From a bacterium (GTDB lineage Bacteria; UBA8248): a stretch of 64,000 bases of DNA. The notes beneath the pieces are model-generated. The model worked only from the letters and a program-made list of their open reading frames with translations, made no database searches and was not told the DNA's origin. The translations under genes and the position numbers were made by a program. This document shows positions 11,026-23,693 of this stretch, piece after piece (the stretch's first letter is position 1; each line of letters begins with the position of its first letter). Where the stretch lies: the NCBI GenBank assembly GCA_965200245.1, contig CBDATS010000008.1, forward strand, positions 160,001 through 224,000, given 5' to 3'.

Positions 11026-11859
11026 CTATTGCGTGCTTAAGCGCGCGGAATCTATCGCCTTCAAGGTGGTGAGGAGCGGATACAAATCTTCAATGTCTAT
11101 CATGTTGGGTCCATCAGAAAATGCCTCATCGGGACTGGGGTGGCACTCGATAAAAAAGGCGTCGACGCCCACGCCGGCTGCGGCGCGCGCAAGGTGCGGA
11201 ACCATGCTCCTGTCTCCGCCCGAACTTTCCCCCAGACCGCCCGGAGATTGGACACTGTGCGTCGCATCAAAAATTACAGGATAACCCGATTCGCGCATCT
11301 TCACGAGCGAACGCATGTCGGAAACGAGATTATGGTAGCCAAAACTGCTGCCTCTTTCGGTAAGCAGTATTTGCCTGCAACCCGCGTCCTTAAGTTTCGC
11401 CAAAACATTTTTCATGTCCTCGGGGGCCATGAATTGCCCCTTTTTGACGTTCACGGGTTTTCCCGTCCGCGCTGCTGCGTGGAGGAGGTCCGTCTGACGA
11501 CACAGGAAAGCGGGAATCTGAACAGCGTCCAGCACTTCGGCTGCGCGTTCAGCCTCTTCCGGGGAATGAACGTCCGAAATCACCGGAAGACCCGTCTCGT
11601 GTCTTATCTTTTCGAGTATCCTTAATCCCTTGTCGATGCCGGGGCCGCGCTGAGACTTGCCCGAACTGCGATTCGCCTTGTCGTAAGAGGCCTTGAACAC
11701 TCCGCCGACACCACATTTTTCCGCCGCTTCTCTTACTTTTTCGGCGCACATTCTGGCCAGTTCCTCGCTCTCGATCACACAAGGCCCAGCGATAACGCAT
11801 ATCGCCCCCGGCTCGCCGAAGGCCACGTCCCGGATTTTCACTACATTCTTTTCCGTCAT
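11026..11859 (-). CDS. kdsA: KDO-8-phosphate synthase
   Basis: IAGPCVIES, FKASYDKANRSS, QIPAFLCRQTDLL, FDATHSVQ. Confidence 0.97.
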   Translation of the reverse strand: MTEKNVVKIRDVAFGEPGAICVIAGPCVIESEELARMCAEKVREAAEKCGVGGVFKASYDKANRSSGKSQRGPGIDKGLRILEKIRHETGLPVISDVHSPEEAERAAEVLDAVQIPAFLCRQTDLLHAAARTGKPVNVKKGQFMAPEDMKNVLAKLKDAGCRQILLTERGSSFGYHNLVSDMRSLVKMRESGYPVIFDATHSVQSPGGLGESSGGDRSMVPHLARAAAGVGVDAFFIECHPSPDEAFSDGPNMIDIEDLYPLLTTLKAIDSARLSTQ

Positions 11860-11908
11860 CTTTCTCTATTTCAGACGCCATGCCGAATGTACGAAGTGAA
11901 AAGACGAA

Positions 11909-14340
<2,432 letters not shown>

Positions 14341-14849
14341 CTATGACGCCGTCCAATACGCATTTTTGTTTATCAATCTCTTCCAGAGGGTGAGCCGTAA
14401 AATCTTGATGTCAAGGCCCAAAGACCAGTTCTCAATATAGTGCAAATCGAATTCGCTCTTTTTTATCGACGTATTTCCACTCCTTCCATGTACCTACGCC
14501 CAACCCGTCATTTCGGGTTTCACCTTGTGGCGCAGCATAAAGTCGGGGAAGGGCGCCCTCAATTTCTCCACGATGCCGGACGTTCGGACATCGGACCCAC
14601 GAAGATCATTTCACCACCCAACACGCTGAACAGTAGCTGCAACCTGTCGAGACTCGTTTTTCTGAGAAAAACGCCAATCCGAGTGCGCCGCTCGTCGTCT
14701 TTCTCGGCCCAGACCCCCATGTCTTTTTCCTGTATGAACACGACGTATTCCGAATCGTCGTCGCGCTTGCTCAGCCCGGCGAGCAAGAGCCTAAGTTAGG
14801 CTCCGATGCACCCCACCGCTATCATACGGGCGTCGACGCCTATACGCAT
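14341..14849 (-). pseudogene. Chimeric pseudogene: GT4 glycosyltransferase 5' end fused to polyprenyl-phosphate sugar transferase (WcaJ/WbaP-type) 3' end
   Basis: [37 protein letters not shown] (GT4 start) continues into [31 protein letters not shown], then a frameshift to RHKVKPEMTGWA*VHG..EFDLHYIENWSLGLDIKIL..KNAY. Confidence 0.8.
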
Positions 14850-16009
14850 CTCTGTACCGCCTCGTAAACGCGATCCAGTTCTTGTACCTCCCTGTCCGTT
14901 GGGGAACCGTTTGATGAGGTGGGACGCTTTCGCAATACTACCACGTTCGGGCCGCGTGGCCCCCAGACACTCGGTTCGACCTGTCCTTGAAAGATGCAAA
15001 TCACGGGAACGCCGAGCGCTGCGGCAATATGAGTGTGGCCCGAGTCGTTTCCGATGAACAGCCGACATGCTTTCATGACCCCCATAAGCGAGCGGAGATG
15101 CTGAACTTGAGCGCACATGTCTATCACAGTACCGCGTACGCGAACCCCCTTCATGGATTTGAGTATCGCATCGACAACTGGCCGATCATCGGGCCCGCCC
15201 AGTAACAGAACCCGGACGGGGAGTGTGGAGACAACCCGGCTGATCAACTCACCGCAAAGCCTTGGACTCCAGATTCTTTCTTCTCCTCCAGCGCCGGGGT
15301 GAATTCCGATGCAAAAACCCGGACGGCTTTCTATCAGCGCGGATACGCAGGCGCGTCCCCGGGCCAGTTCTTCCCGTGAGAGCGAAAGAGCCGGGTTTTT
15401 CGTATCGAACGGACCCAGTCCCGCGTGTTCGAGCATGCCCAGGTTGAATTCCACCCGATGACGTTTGGACAACTCTTCGGCTTCCACGTCCAGACAGAAG
15501 CCGAAACCCCTGATTCCACGCCCGACGAGAAAGCGCACGCCCGCGAGCCTCGCCGCGATGATCGATTGAAAATCTCCGGCGAAATCCACCGCCAGATCGT
15601 AGGGGCCGCCGATTTCTTCCGCTCTCCATTTGAGCAACTTTCTTAAACGGTTCATCGAGAGAAATCCGAATTTTTTCCTCCTTGGCCTCTCTCGCCAGGA
15701 CGCGTTGAAGAGCAGAAAATCTACCCCGCCCAAATCCTCTCCCCTCTTCTGGAACAATGCACGTGCCGAGGAGCGGATGAGGAGATCGATTTGCGCATCT
15801 GGCAGGTTTTCCCTGAGCGAATGGATGGCGGGTAGCGTACAGACGATGTCGCTGATGTGGTCGGGACACATCAATAGAACCCGGCGAATTGAGATGGGCC
15901 GCTCCCTCGTATTGCGGAAAAAGGTCTCTCCCAACAGATCAAGCACGCGAAAAGCCGATCTCACAGAGAATCTCTTGTAGTGATATCTGCGCTCGAAAAC
16001 GGGAACCAT
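14840..16009 (-). CDS. Glycosyltransferase family 9 (LPS heptosyltransferase-like)
   Basis: DHISDIVCTLPA, IGIHPGAG, LFIGNDSGHTHIAAALGVPVI, WGP; start placed at ATG 16009 after GAGAGG (the ORF track extends upstream into decayed sequence). Confidence 0.85.
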   Translation of the reverse strand: MVPVFERRYHYKRFSVRSAFRVLDLLGETFFRNTRERPISIRRVLLMCPDHISDIVCTLPAIHSLRENLPDAQIDLLIRSSARALFQKRGEDLGGVDFLLFNASWRERPRRKKFGFLSMNRLRKLLKWRAEEIGGPYDLAVDFAGDFQSIIAARLAGVRFLVGRGIRGFGFCLDVEAEELSKRHRVEFNLGMLEHAGLGPFDTKNPALSLSREELARGRACVSALIESRPGFCIGIHPGAGGEERIWSPRLCGELISRVVSTLPVRVLLLGGPDDRPVVDAILKSMKGVRVRGTVIDMCAQVQHLRSLMGVMKACRLFIGNDSGHTHIAAALGVPVICIFQGQVEPSVWGPRGPNVVVLRKRPTSSNGSPTDREVQELDRVYEAVQRCV

Positions 16010-16259
16010 GCCTCTCTGCACGGGGCTGAGTGCCTCTATCTTCGAGGGTGCGGCGGCTTTGGGAGGAACGCGCAAGCAAACTGCACTCAGAAAACTCGAC
16101 ACATCATAGGAAGATTCACGAATTCCTGCATGTTCCGAATTCTTCATCGTGCGCTCTCTTAAAGTTTCAACCAAAAGGCGTAAAAAGAATATAGCGCGCT
16201 TCGTCCCGCGGCGGAAATTCCGCTCCCGCGAGATACAGACCACCACCAGCATCAACCCG

Positions 16260-16680
16260 CCAAAACGTCTTCGTAAACGACGAGCTTTTTCCACTAACAC
16301 GTCCCGGACGAACTCTTCAATCACTCACTAGCAACCTGTCTGCACCAGTCGTTCGCGCTCACGGGTTTCGTTGGCAGTTTCCGGAGAGTTTTCCATAAAA
16401 CACATCTATCGCCTTTGGGAAATACGAACCCCTCCTTGCCGATGACACAGGGAATTTCTCCCGTCGCCGATCCTGCGGAACGATGCCGCAACCCATGGCC
16501 ACGATCAGCACTCAGCCGCACTGCTCTTTTCAGTGAAAGGTTGTTCTCGATGGAAACGCAAGCGTATGCCACCCGCGCAAATATTCGGGTACGTCGAAGT
16601 GTTCGACATGGCCGACGAATTCCACCTGCTCCCTCAAACCAAGCGAGCGCGCCAGGCTCTCCAGTGCTTCGTTTTCCTTT
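16260..16680 (-). pseudogene. GT4 glycosyltransferase C-terminal remnant
   Basis: Manual translation: LESLARSLGLREQVEFVGHVEHFDVPEYL..FPSRTTFH*KEQCG*VLIVAMGCG, frameshift, GSATGEIPCVIGKEGFVFPKGD; TGA at 16530-16532 and 16512-16514. Confidence 0.75.
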
Positions 16681-16866
16681 CCAGTTCCCCGGACTCAGTT
16701 TGGTAAAAGCGCAATTTCGGCTAGAAAGAGGTTTCTGTCTTCTTGATGTAGGTTAAGAACCACCCTAGTCCCGGAGAGCGCGGAATACAAGGCTGCCTTG
16801 ACACGAGGCCGGTGGTGGGAGAACTTCTGGCTAGCCCCACCATCCATGCAATCGAGGGATGAAGCC

Positions 16867-17733
16867 ATGAATCATTGTGGAGCGCGTCTTCGGACGCTGT
16901 TGGAAGAGAACCGGCCTGTTCTCGCGCCCGCCTGCATAGATGCCTTCAGCGCGCGCATGGTGGAACACGCAGGTTTTCAGATGAACTACCTGACAGGCAA
17001 CGGCGCCTCGGCGGCGCTTCTCGGCAAGCCCGATGTGGGTTTCATGACGCTGCGCGAAGTGGCCGACGTCTGCCGCAATGTCGTCCAGGCCACCTCGATC
17101 CCCCTTGTCGCAGACGCCGACACCGGCTATGGCAACGCAGTGAACATGATCCGCACCGTCCGCGAACTTGAGTCGGCGGGCGTCGCCTGCATTCAGATCG
17201 AGGATCAGGTAACTCCCAAGAGATGCGGCTTCCTGCCCGGTTCGGTCCCTGTCATCTCCCTTGAAGAGCAACTCGGCAAACTCAAGGCGGCCCTCGACGC
17301 GCGCCAGAGCGAGGATTTCCTCATCCTCGCCAGAACGGACGCGGCCGCCGACCACGGGCTGGAGGAGGCGATTCGAAGGGCCGTCGCCTATAAGGAAGCG
17401 GGCGCCGACCTCACATTCATTGAGGTGGAGGGCACGGAGGAAGAACTCCGAAAAATCGGAGCGGAAGTCCCCCCGCCTCACGCCACCACGTTGGACGAAT
17501 CGAGGCGCGAGGCGGCCCTGAACGTTGAAGAATTGGGTGAACTCGGCTTCGGCGTCATCATCTACCCGGGCATCGTGCGCTGCACGTATCTGAAAGCTGT
17601 GAACGACGTGCTGCGCATCCTCAAAGATGAAGGCTCCACTCGCTCGGCGCGCGGGATGATGGCCACTTTCCAGGAATACAACGACGCCCTGGGCATCTCG
17701 GAAGTCCAGACGTGGGAGCGTGAATATCTATGA
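16867..17733 (+). CDS. Isocitrate lyase/PEP mutase family protein (PrpB/oxaloacetate decarboxylase-like)
   Basis: PLVADADTGYG, IQIEDQVTPKRCG, ILARTDA. Confidence 0.9.
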   Translation: MNHCGARLRTLLEENRPVLAPACIDAFSARMVEHAGFQMNYLTGNGASAALLGKPDVGFMTLREVADVCRNVVQATSIPLVADADTGYGNAVNMIRTVRELESAGVACIQIEDQVTPKRCGFLPGSVPVISLEEQLGKLKAALDARQSEDFLILARTDAAADHGLEEAIRRAVAYKEAGADLTFIEVEGTEEELRKIGAEVPPPHATTLDESRREAALNVEELGELGFGVIIYPGIVRCTYLKAVNDVLRILKDEGSTRSARGMMATFQEYNDALGISEVQTWEREYL

Positions 17734-17764
17734 CGCTATAGCGGCGTCGCGCAAGGAGTGGAAC

Positions 17765-18064
17765 ATGATCACCGTAGGCATGTATTACGACGTTCTGCCG
17801 GGCAAGGAGAAAGAATTCGAGGAAAAATTCGAAGCCGTGGCCAGCGCCTTGGAAGGACAGGCCGGCCACGTGCAGAGTCTTCTCTATCAGCAGGTAAAAA
17901 ACCCGAATTCCTACACTATCCTCTCGGAGTGGGACGCACAGGAAGACTTCATGGCCTTCATCAAGAGCGACGCCTTCCGCGCTGTAACGGACTGGGGAAA
18001 GGCGGAAATTCTCGCGGGCAGGCCGCGACACAAACTCTATGGCCGCGAGGGTGATTTCCGCTAG
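17765..18064 (+). CDS. Antibiotic biosynthesis monooxygenase (ABM) family protein
   Basis: 99 aa; VLPGKEKEFE...LSEWDAQEDF..FIKSDAF; AAGGAG RBS before ATG 17765. Confidence 0.8.
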   Translation: MITVGMYYDVLPGKEKEFEEKFEAVASALEGQAGHVQSLLYQQVKNPNSYTILSEWDAQEDFMAFIKSDAFRAVTDWGKAEILAGRPRHKLYGREGDFR

Positions 18065-18075
18065 GGGGAAACCGA

Positions 18076-18948
18076 ATGCCGGACATGCTCTCCTGCCCGC
18101 CACCTGATCCTCGACCCAGACCGCCCCGCTTCGAGCTTCCACCCGGCGCATGGGACACCCACGGGCATATCTTCGGTCCCGGGAGCAAGTACGCCTACTC
18201 TCCCAACAGGGGTTACACGCCTCCCGACGCCCTGCTCGATGCTTATGAATCCCTGCACCGCACGCTTGGGGTGGAGCGTGGCGTCTTGACCCAGCCGAGC
18301 GTCTACGGGGTCGACAACACCGCTATGCTGGATGCCATGGCCCGCTCCGGCGGACGTCTGATGGGCGTGGCCTCCGTGGACAAGGAGGTGAGCGAGGCGG
18401 AGTTGACACGTCTTCACGACGCGGGCGTTCGCGGCTTGCGCATCAATCTTGCAGACAAGGGCGGAAATCCCTTCGATTCGTTCGCGGACGTCCAGGTGAT
18501 GGGCGAGCGCATCAAGGACATGGGCTGGCACATGGAATTTCTGATCCACGTGAATGCGTTTTCCGATTTAAGAAAGACCTTTTCCGCGGTGCCTGTCCAC
18601 AGCGTTTTCGGGCATATGGGCTACGCTCCTGCAGGTGAAGGGCTGGGCCCGCTCCGGGAATTCCTGGACTTGCTCAAAGAGGGCCGAACGTGGGTGAAGC
18701 TCACCGGCGCCTACCGCATTACGGGTCTTCAGCAGACGCCCTACACCGACGTCAACGCAATCGCCCGGGCACTCATCGAAACGGCACCCGAGCGCGTCAT
18801 CTGGGGTACGGATTGGCCGCATCCCGTCTGCAAGATACCGATGCCGAACGACGGCGACTTGCTGGATCAATTACTCGACTGGGCACCGGATACTGACGTT
18901 CGCCACAAAATACTGGTGGAAAACCCCTTAAAGCTGTTCGAGTCCTAG
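18076..18948 (+). CDS. Amidohydrolase, 2-pyrone-4,6-dicarboxylate lactonase (LigI)-like
   Basis: AWDTHGHIFGP, QPSVYGVDN, GVRGLRIN, WVKLTGAYR, VIWGTDWPHP. Confidence 0.85.
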   Translation: MPDMLSCPPPDPRPRPPRFELPPGAWDTHGHIFGPGSKYAYSPNRGYTPPDALLDAYESLHRTLGVERGVLTQPSVYGVDNTAMLDAMARSGGRLMGVASVDKEVSEAELTRLHDAGVRGLRINLADKGGNPFDSFADVQVMGERIKDMGWHMEFLIHVNAFSDLRKTFSAVPVHSVFGHMGYAPAGEGLGPLREFLDLLKEGRTWVKLTGAYRITGLQQTPYTDVNAIARALIETAPERVIWGTDWPHPVCKIPMPNDGDLLDQLLDWAPDTDVRHKILVENPLKLFES

Positions 18949-18963
18949 AGTCAGGAGAGAAAT

Positions 18964-19869
18964 ATGGCGCGCAAGGAAACGAAAAAAACCGCATTTTTGG
19001 GTTTAGGTCGTATGGGTGGATTGATGACAAAGCATCTGATCGACGCAGGTTTCCCCGTTACAGGTTACGACCCCGTGCCCCAGGCCAGAGCAATTGCTAA
19101 AAAAAACGGTGCGAAAATTGCCAGAACCATCGCAGCGGCAGTCAAGGGAGCCGACGTGGTGTGCAGTTCGCTTCCTTCGCCCGACGTCGTGCAAAGCGTC
19201 TACATGGGCCCGAAGGGCGTGCTCGATACGGTGCGGCGCGGTGCTGTCTGTTTCGAGCTATCGACAAGCACCGTCAGCTTGGCGAAGGAGATAGCGGAGG
19301 CGGCAAAGAAAAGAGGCGTTGCATTTCTGGATGCGCCCGTGAGCGGGAGCATTCCGCACTTGGAGCGCAAGGAAGTTGCCGCCATCGTGGGCGGAGACCA
19401 GGCCGCTCTCAAAGAACACCGCGACGTGCTTGATGCTTTCAGCAAGTCCATCACCTATATGGGGAAATCCGGAAATGGCCTAATCATGAAACTGGTGACG
19501 AACCACATTTTGAACATCCAGCACTCAGGCATGGCCGAGGGTTTGGCTTTTGGCATAAAGGCAGGGTTGACGGCTCCTGAAATGATGAAATTCCTGCAGG
19601 GAAGCGTGATTCCCCTGCTCATCCACTACAAGGGCACGACGATGGCAGCGCGCGATTATTCCGACGTAATCGCGAACCTGGGTATCAGCTTCAAGGATTT
19701 GGGGCTCAGCATAAACGAGGCAAACAATCTGGGCGTACCCGTTCCCCTGGGCGCCGCCGCGCGGCAGCAATACACCTCCGCCATGGCACTCGGTCTCGAA
19801 AATGCGGATTTCAACGCAGTCTTCGAAGCCTTCCTGAACGCCATGGGAATGGAGCCGAAGAAAAAGTAG
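18964..19869 (+). CDS. NAD(P)-dependent beta-hydroxyacid dehydrogenase (3-hydroxyisobutyrate DH family)
   Basis: FLGLGRMG, FLDAPVSG, MKLVTN. Confidence 0.9.
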   Translation: MARKETKKTAFLGLGRMGGLMTKHLIDAGFPVTGYDPVPQARAIAKKNGAKIARTIAAAVKGADVVCSSLPSPDVVQSVYMGPKGVLDTVRRGAVCFELSTSTVSLAKEIAEAAKKRGVAFLDAPVSGSIPHLERKEVAAIVGGDQAALKEHRDVLDAFSKSITYMGKSGNGLIMKLVTNHILNIQHSGMAEGLAFGIKAGLTAPEMMKFLQGSVIPLLIHYKGTTMAARDYSDVIANLGISFKDLGLSINEANNLGVPVPLGAAARQQYTSAMALGLENADFNAVFEAFLNAMGMEPKKK

Positions 19870-20002
19870 GATTTCTCAAGAGGCATGCAGGGCTTCAGCC
19901 AGCGGTTGGTTAGTGAATTTCAGGCGATTGTCTTGCTTATCCAACTCATCCTCCCTTGGGTTCGGGAGGATAACGCAGCAATATTTTCAGGAGTGATGCG
20001 AA

Positions 20003-20881
20003 ATGGCGAAAGTGGTTGCTTTTCTGGGTCTGGGCAACATGGGTTCAGGTATGTCGGAAAACCTGGTGAAAGCGGGTTTCGAAGTCCACGGGTTCGACCC
20101 CGTTCCTGCCATGCGGGAGCGGGCGGTCGCAGCGGGTCTCACAGTCTTTGAGACGGCGGCGGAAGCCGCCACGGGGGCGGAAGTCATCTGCAGTTCTGTG
20201 CCCGAAGTCGAGAATGCGAGAGAAGCCTATCTCGGCGAGACGGGCGCGCTCACCACAGCCACTGAAGGCGCGGTGTGCTTCGACCTGTCGACTCTGACGG
20301 TCGAGGGCAGTCAAGACCTGGCGGCGGAGGCGAAAAGCCGTGGTGTTCAGTTTCTGGACACCCCCGTGAGCGGAAGCGTGCCCCACGCAAAGGCTGGAAC
20401 CCTCGCCATTATGGTGGGGGGTGATGAAGCTTCGCTCGAAGCCCACCGCGACGTTTTGGAGGCCTTCAGCGCTTCCATCCACTATTTCGGCCCGAACGGC
20501 GCAGGCCTCCAGATGAAACTGGTGACGAACCACATTTTCGCGATCCATATCTCCGCCATAGCCGAGGCGCTTACGATGGGGACGAAAGGAGGCCTCAACC
20601 CCGAGCAGATGGTCGAGTTCCTGAAGGCGAGCGTGATTCCCAAAATTCTCGAATACAAGGCCTCTCCCATGATTGCCAAGGACTATGCGCCCACGTTTAC
20701 GGTTAGCCTGATGCTGAAGGATCTGCGTATCATCGCGGTGATGGCCGACGGCCTTGCGACGCCCATACCCTTGGGGACGATGGCACGGCAGGTCTATATG
20801 GGTGCTGCCGCCTTGGGCCATGGCGACGCGGACCAGAACGCCATACTGGAGTTTTTTGAGAAAAGCGCGGGTATGAACTAG
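20003..20881 (+). CDS. NAD(P)-dependent beta-hydroxyacid dehydrogenase, tandem paralogue
   Basis: FLGLGNMG, FLDTPVSG, MKLVTN, LMLKDL. Confidence 0.9.
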   Translation: MAKVVAFLGLGNMGSGMSENLVKAGFEVHGFDPVPAMRERAVAAGLTVFETAAEAATGAEVICSSVPEVENAREAYLGETGALTTATEGAVCFDLSTLTVEGSQDLAAEAKSRGVQFLDTPVSGSVPHAKAGTLAIMVGGDEASLEAHRDVLEAFSASIHYFGPNGAGLQMKLVTNHIFAIHISAIAEALTMGTKGGLNPEQMVEFLKASVIPKILEYKASPMIAKDYAPTFTVSLMLKDLRIIAVMADGLATPIPLGTMARQVYMGAAALGHGDADQNAILEFFEKSAGMN

Positions 20882-21125
20882 CGCGTATGGGGCAAGCATA
20901 AAACCGAAGTGGAAGTAGGGGAGTTCAAAACTGACAAGAGGATGAAAAAATTCGGGGTCTGTGCTGTTTTCTCATTCTTCGGGCGGGCTTGCAATTCTTG
21001 AGTAATTTAGTTTAGTATTCTGAGGAATTATGGATGGTCATTGCGCACTCTTTCGCGCAGACCACTGACGCGATATGATTCTTATACCCATTTCAGCGAA
21101 TGCTGGCAGCAAAGGAGAATTAGAA

Positions 21126-22325
21126 ATGTCGAAAACAGGACGAGACCTGCTTGAGGCCGCGCGGGACGAAGTTCCTGAGATCACGGCGGAAGAAGTGAAG
21201 GCCACGGTCGATTCGGGCACTGAGGTGACGCTCATCGATGTGCGTGAACCCGACGAGTTCCGGGGTGGCTACCTGCCGGGCGCCGAGCACGTGAGCCGTG
21301 GATTCCTGGAACTCAAGATCGAACAGGTCGTTCCCGACAGGACAACGCCTATCGTCGCCTACTGCGCTGGCGGCGTGCGTTCACTGCTTGCGGGGCAGGT
21401 GCTCCAGTCCATGGGCTATCAGAACGTGAAATCCATGGCGGGCGGCTACGGCAAATGGAAGGACCTGGGTTTTCCCGTGCAGGTGGACAAGCAGATGAGT
21501 GCGGAGCAGCTGAACCGCTACAGTCGCCATTTTCTCCTCTCCCAGATTGGAGAAAAGGGTCAGTCCAAGCTCCTAGACGCCAAGGTCGTCCTGATCGGCG
21601 CAGGCGGGCTGGGTTCTCCCACCGGGCTGTATCTGGCCGCGATGGGCGTGGGCAACATCGGCATCGTGGATTTGGACGTGGTCGACATGAGCAACTTGCA
21701 GCGCCAGATACTCCACACGAACGACCGCGTGGGCACCCCCAAGGTGGACAGCGCGAGATCGACCCTCACCGCGCTCAACCCCGACGTGAACATCATCGCG
21801 CATGAAGAGAGAATCAACCGCGACAACGCGCTCGACATCTTGAAAAACTACGACGTGATCGTGAACGGGGCGGACAATTTCCCGACGCGCTACCTCGTGA
21901 ATGACGCGGCGGTATTTCTCGGAAAACCCATTGTCGACGCATCCATTTTCAAGTTTGAGGGCCAGGCCACCGTCTACCACCCCGGAGAGGGCGGCCCCTG
22001 TTACCGTTGCCTTTACCCCGAACCGCCTCCTCCCGGCATGGTGCCCTCCTGCCAAGACGCGGGCGTCTTGGGCGCACTTTGCGGCACGATGGGTTCCATC
22101 CAGGCGACTGAGACGGCCAAACTCATCGTGGGCTTCGGCGAACCCCTGATCGGCAAGTTACTGATGTACGACGCGCTCAAGTCGCAGTTCAGGACACTCA
22201 AGATCAGGCGTGACCCGGCTTGCCCGGTTTGCGGTGACAGCCCCTCGATAACCGAACTCATCGACTACGAGTTCTTCTGCGGTCTCACGGAAGCCCCTGT
22301 AGGCGCCGCCGCTAACGGACATTGA
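21126..22325 (+). CDS. moeB: Rhodanese-MoeB/ThiF adenylyltransferase fusion (MoeZ-like)
   Basis: N-terminal rhodanese (IDVREPDE, YCAGGVRS) followed by RYSRH, GAGGLGSP, SNLQRQ, PCYRCLYP, CPVCG. Confidence 0.88.
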   Translation: MSKTGRDLLEAARDEVPEITAEEVKATVDSGTEVTLIDVREPDEFRGGYLPGAEHVSRGFLELKIEQVVPDRTTPIVAYCAGGVRSLLAGQVLQSMGYQNVKSMAGGYGKWKDLGFPVQVDKQMSAEQLNRYSRHFLLSQIGEKGQSKLLDAKVVLIGAGGLGSPTGLYLAAMGVGNIGIVDLDVVDMSNLQRQILHTNDRVGTPKVDSARSTLTALNPDVNIIAHEERINRDNALDILKNYDVIVNGADNFPTRYLVNDAAVFLGKPIVDASIFKFEGQATVYHPGEGGPCYRCLYPEPPPPGMVPSCQDAGVLGALCGTMGSIQATETAKLIVGFGEPLIGKLLMYDALKSQFRTLKIRRDPACPVCGDSPSITELIDYEFFCGLTEAPVGAAANGH

Positions 22326-22379
22326 TGGGAGGAAGCGGAACCACAAATTGATGTAGCGAAGCAACGAAGTTCAGTCAAA

Positions 22380-22414
22380 GAAGGCCCCCGGGACGTGATG
22401 TTCCGAGGGCCTTT
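22380..22414. terminator. Probable bidirectional intrinsic terminator
   Basis: aaggccc-ccgggac/gttccg-agggcctt hairpin between convergent genes. Confidence 0.6.
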
Positions 22415-22771
22415 CTATGGAATTTCCTCAAGCTCGGTCTTACCCATCACGGGACGCATGGGGTAATAGCCTCTCAGGAGTTCGGCGAAAAAAGAGAGGT
22501 GCTCGGCGAGAGCGGACATGTATGCGGTGGCGTAGCGTGAGGATAGCGCATCGACCTTCTGCGCCAAGGCTTCGCGGGCACCTGTGGCGGGAGTCTCCCG
22601 CGCAGCCAAGGCGTTATAGGCGCCCAGCAGGGAGCGTACGTCTTGATGCACATCTCCATACTCGGTCTGAAGCGTGTAGGGGCTTCTCAAGATGAGATGG
22701 ACAGGGTTTTGTGTGTTCGAGGATTGATCGAGCATGCAGCGACTTCGTCTCTGGTCGTAGTTCTCGGGCAT
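22415..22771 (-). CDS. Hypothetical protein
   Basis: ATG 22771 after GGAGG RBS, downstream of the MBL gene; no motif recognised. Confidence 0.5.
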   Translation of the reverse strand: MPENYDQRRSRCMLDQSSNTQNPVHLILRSPYTLQTEYGDVHQDVRSLLGAYNALAARETPATGAREALAQKVDALSSRYATAYMSALAEHLSFFAELLRGYYPMRPVMGKTELEEIP

Positions 22772-22799
22772 CGTATCCTCCCCTCTCCGGGTCGAAACC

Positions 22800-23693
22800 T
22801 CACCCACCACGCGCATCGTGGAGTGAAATTCCCTGATCGCCCTTGCCACGGAATTCGTTGTAGAGTTTCATCACGGCTTGCTCGACGCGGTCGGGTTTCA
22901 TCCACTCGGCATAGCCGCCCAGAGGTATCTCGCGGGCGGCGCATTTGGGCGGAATTCCCTTCATAAAGCGCTTTCGTGCTTCCCGGCGCACGAGCCTGAG
23001 ATAACCCAGGGTTTTCTTGAGCGCGCTCTTGTCGTCTGGAGGTCCGTGACCCGGAACGATGATCTCGGCAGGGAAGGTTTTGAGAATCTTCTCTGCTACC
23101 CGTATCCACCCGCCCACATGGGCGTCGAAGGTAGCAGGTGTCACATAGTGAAAACAGATGTCTCCCGTGAAGAGAACGCGCTCTTCAGGTAGATAGACGA
23201 TGGTGTCGCCTTTGGAATGCGCGTGGCCCAAATGGTGAAGTTCCGCGACACGCTTGCCTAGGCGGAGTGTCATGGACCCCTCGTAGGTGATGTCGGGAAA
23301 GCGTTGTCTGAGCCTTTTGAGTTCGCCTGCGTATTCGGGGTTCACGTTCCTGTAGTGTGCCAGGTCGAGACCTGTCTCGATCATCCGCTCACGCATGTAG
23401 CGGTGTGCGATGACGGGGATATCCCGTTCGAACCAGATGAGTCCTAGGGTGTGGTCCGCATGGTGGTGGGTACAGACGATCTTTCGCACCGGCTTTTTCG
23501 TCGCCTGACGGATGGATTTTTGAAAGGTCTGTGTCATTGGCCGCACATAGAGCGTGTCGACGACGAGCGCCTCATCGTCTCCCACGATGAGCCCCGCGTT
23601 CGAGACGTTCAGACCGCCTGCCTGGATGTAGGCGTATACGCCGCGCGCCACGCGTTGAAGGCCTGTCTTCCAACTGGTGGGTACATTTTGCAT
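22800..23693 (-). CDS. MBL-fold metallo-hydrolase (cyclase-like)
   Basis: SNAGLIVG, THHHADHTLG, AHSKGD, LFTGD, IVPGHGP. Confidence 0.88.
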   Translation of the reverse strand: MQNVPTSWKTGLQRVARGVYAYIQAGGLNVSNAGLIVGDDEALVVDTLYVRPMTQTFQKSIRQATKKPVRKIVCTHHHADHTLGLIWFERDIPVIAHRYMRERMIETGLDLAHYRNVNPEYAGELKRLRQRFPDITYEGSMTLRLGKRVAELHHLGHAHSKGDTIVYLPEERVLFTGDICFHYVTPATFDAHVGGWIRVAEKILKTFPAEIIVPGHGPPDDKSALKKTLGYLRLVRREARKRFMKGIPPKCAAREIPLGGYAEWMKPDRVEQAVMKLYNEFRGKGDQGISLHDARGG

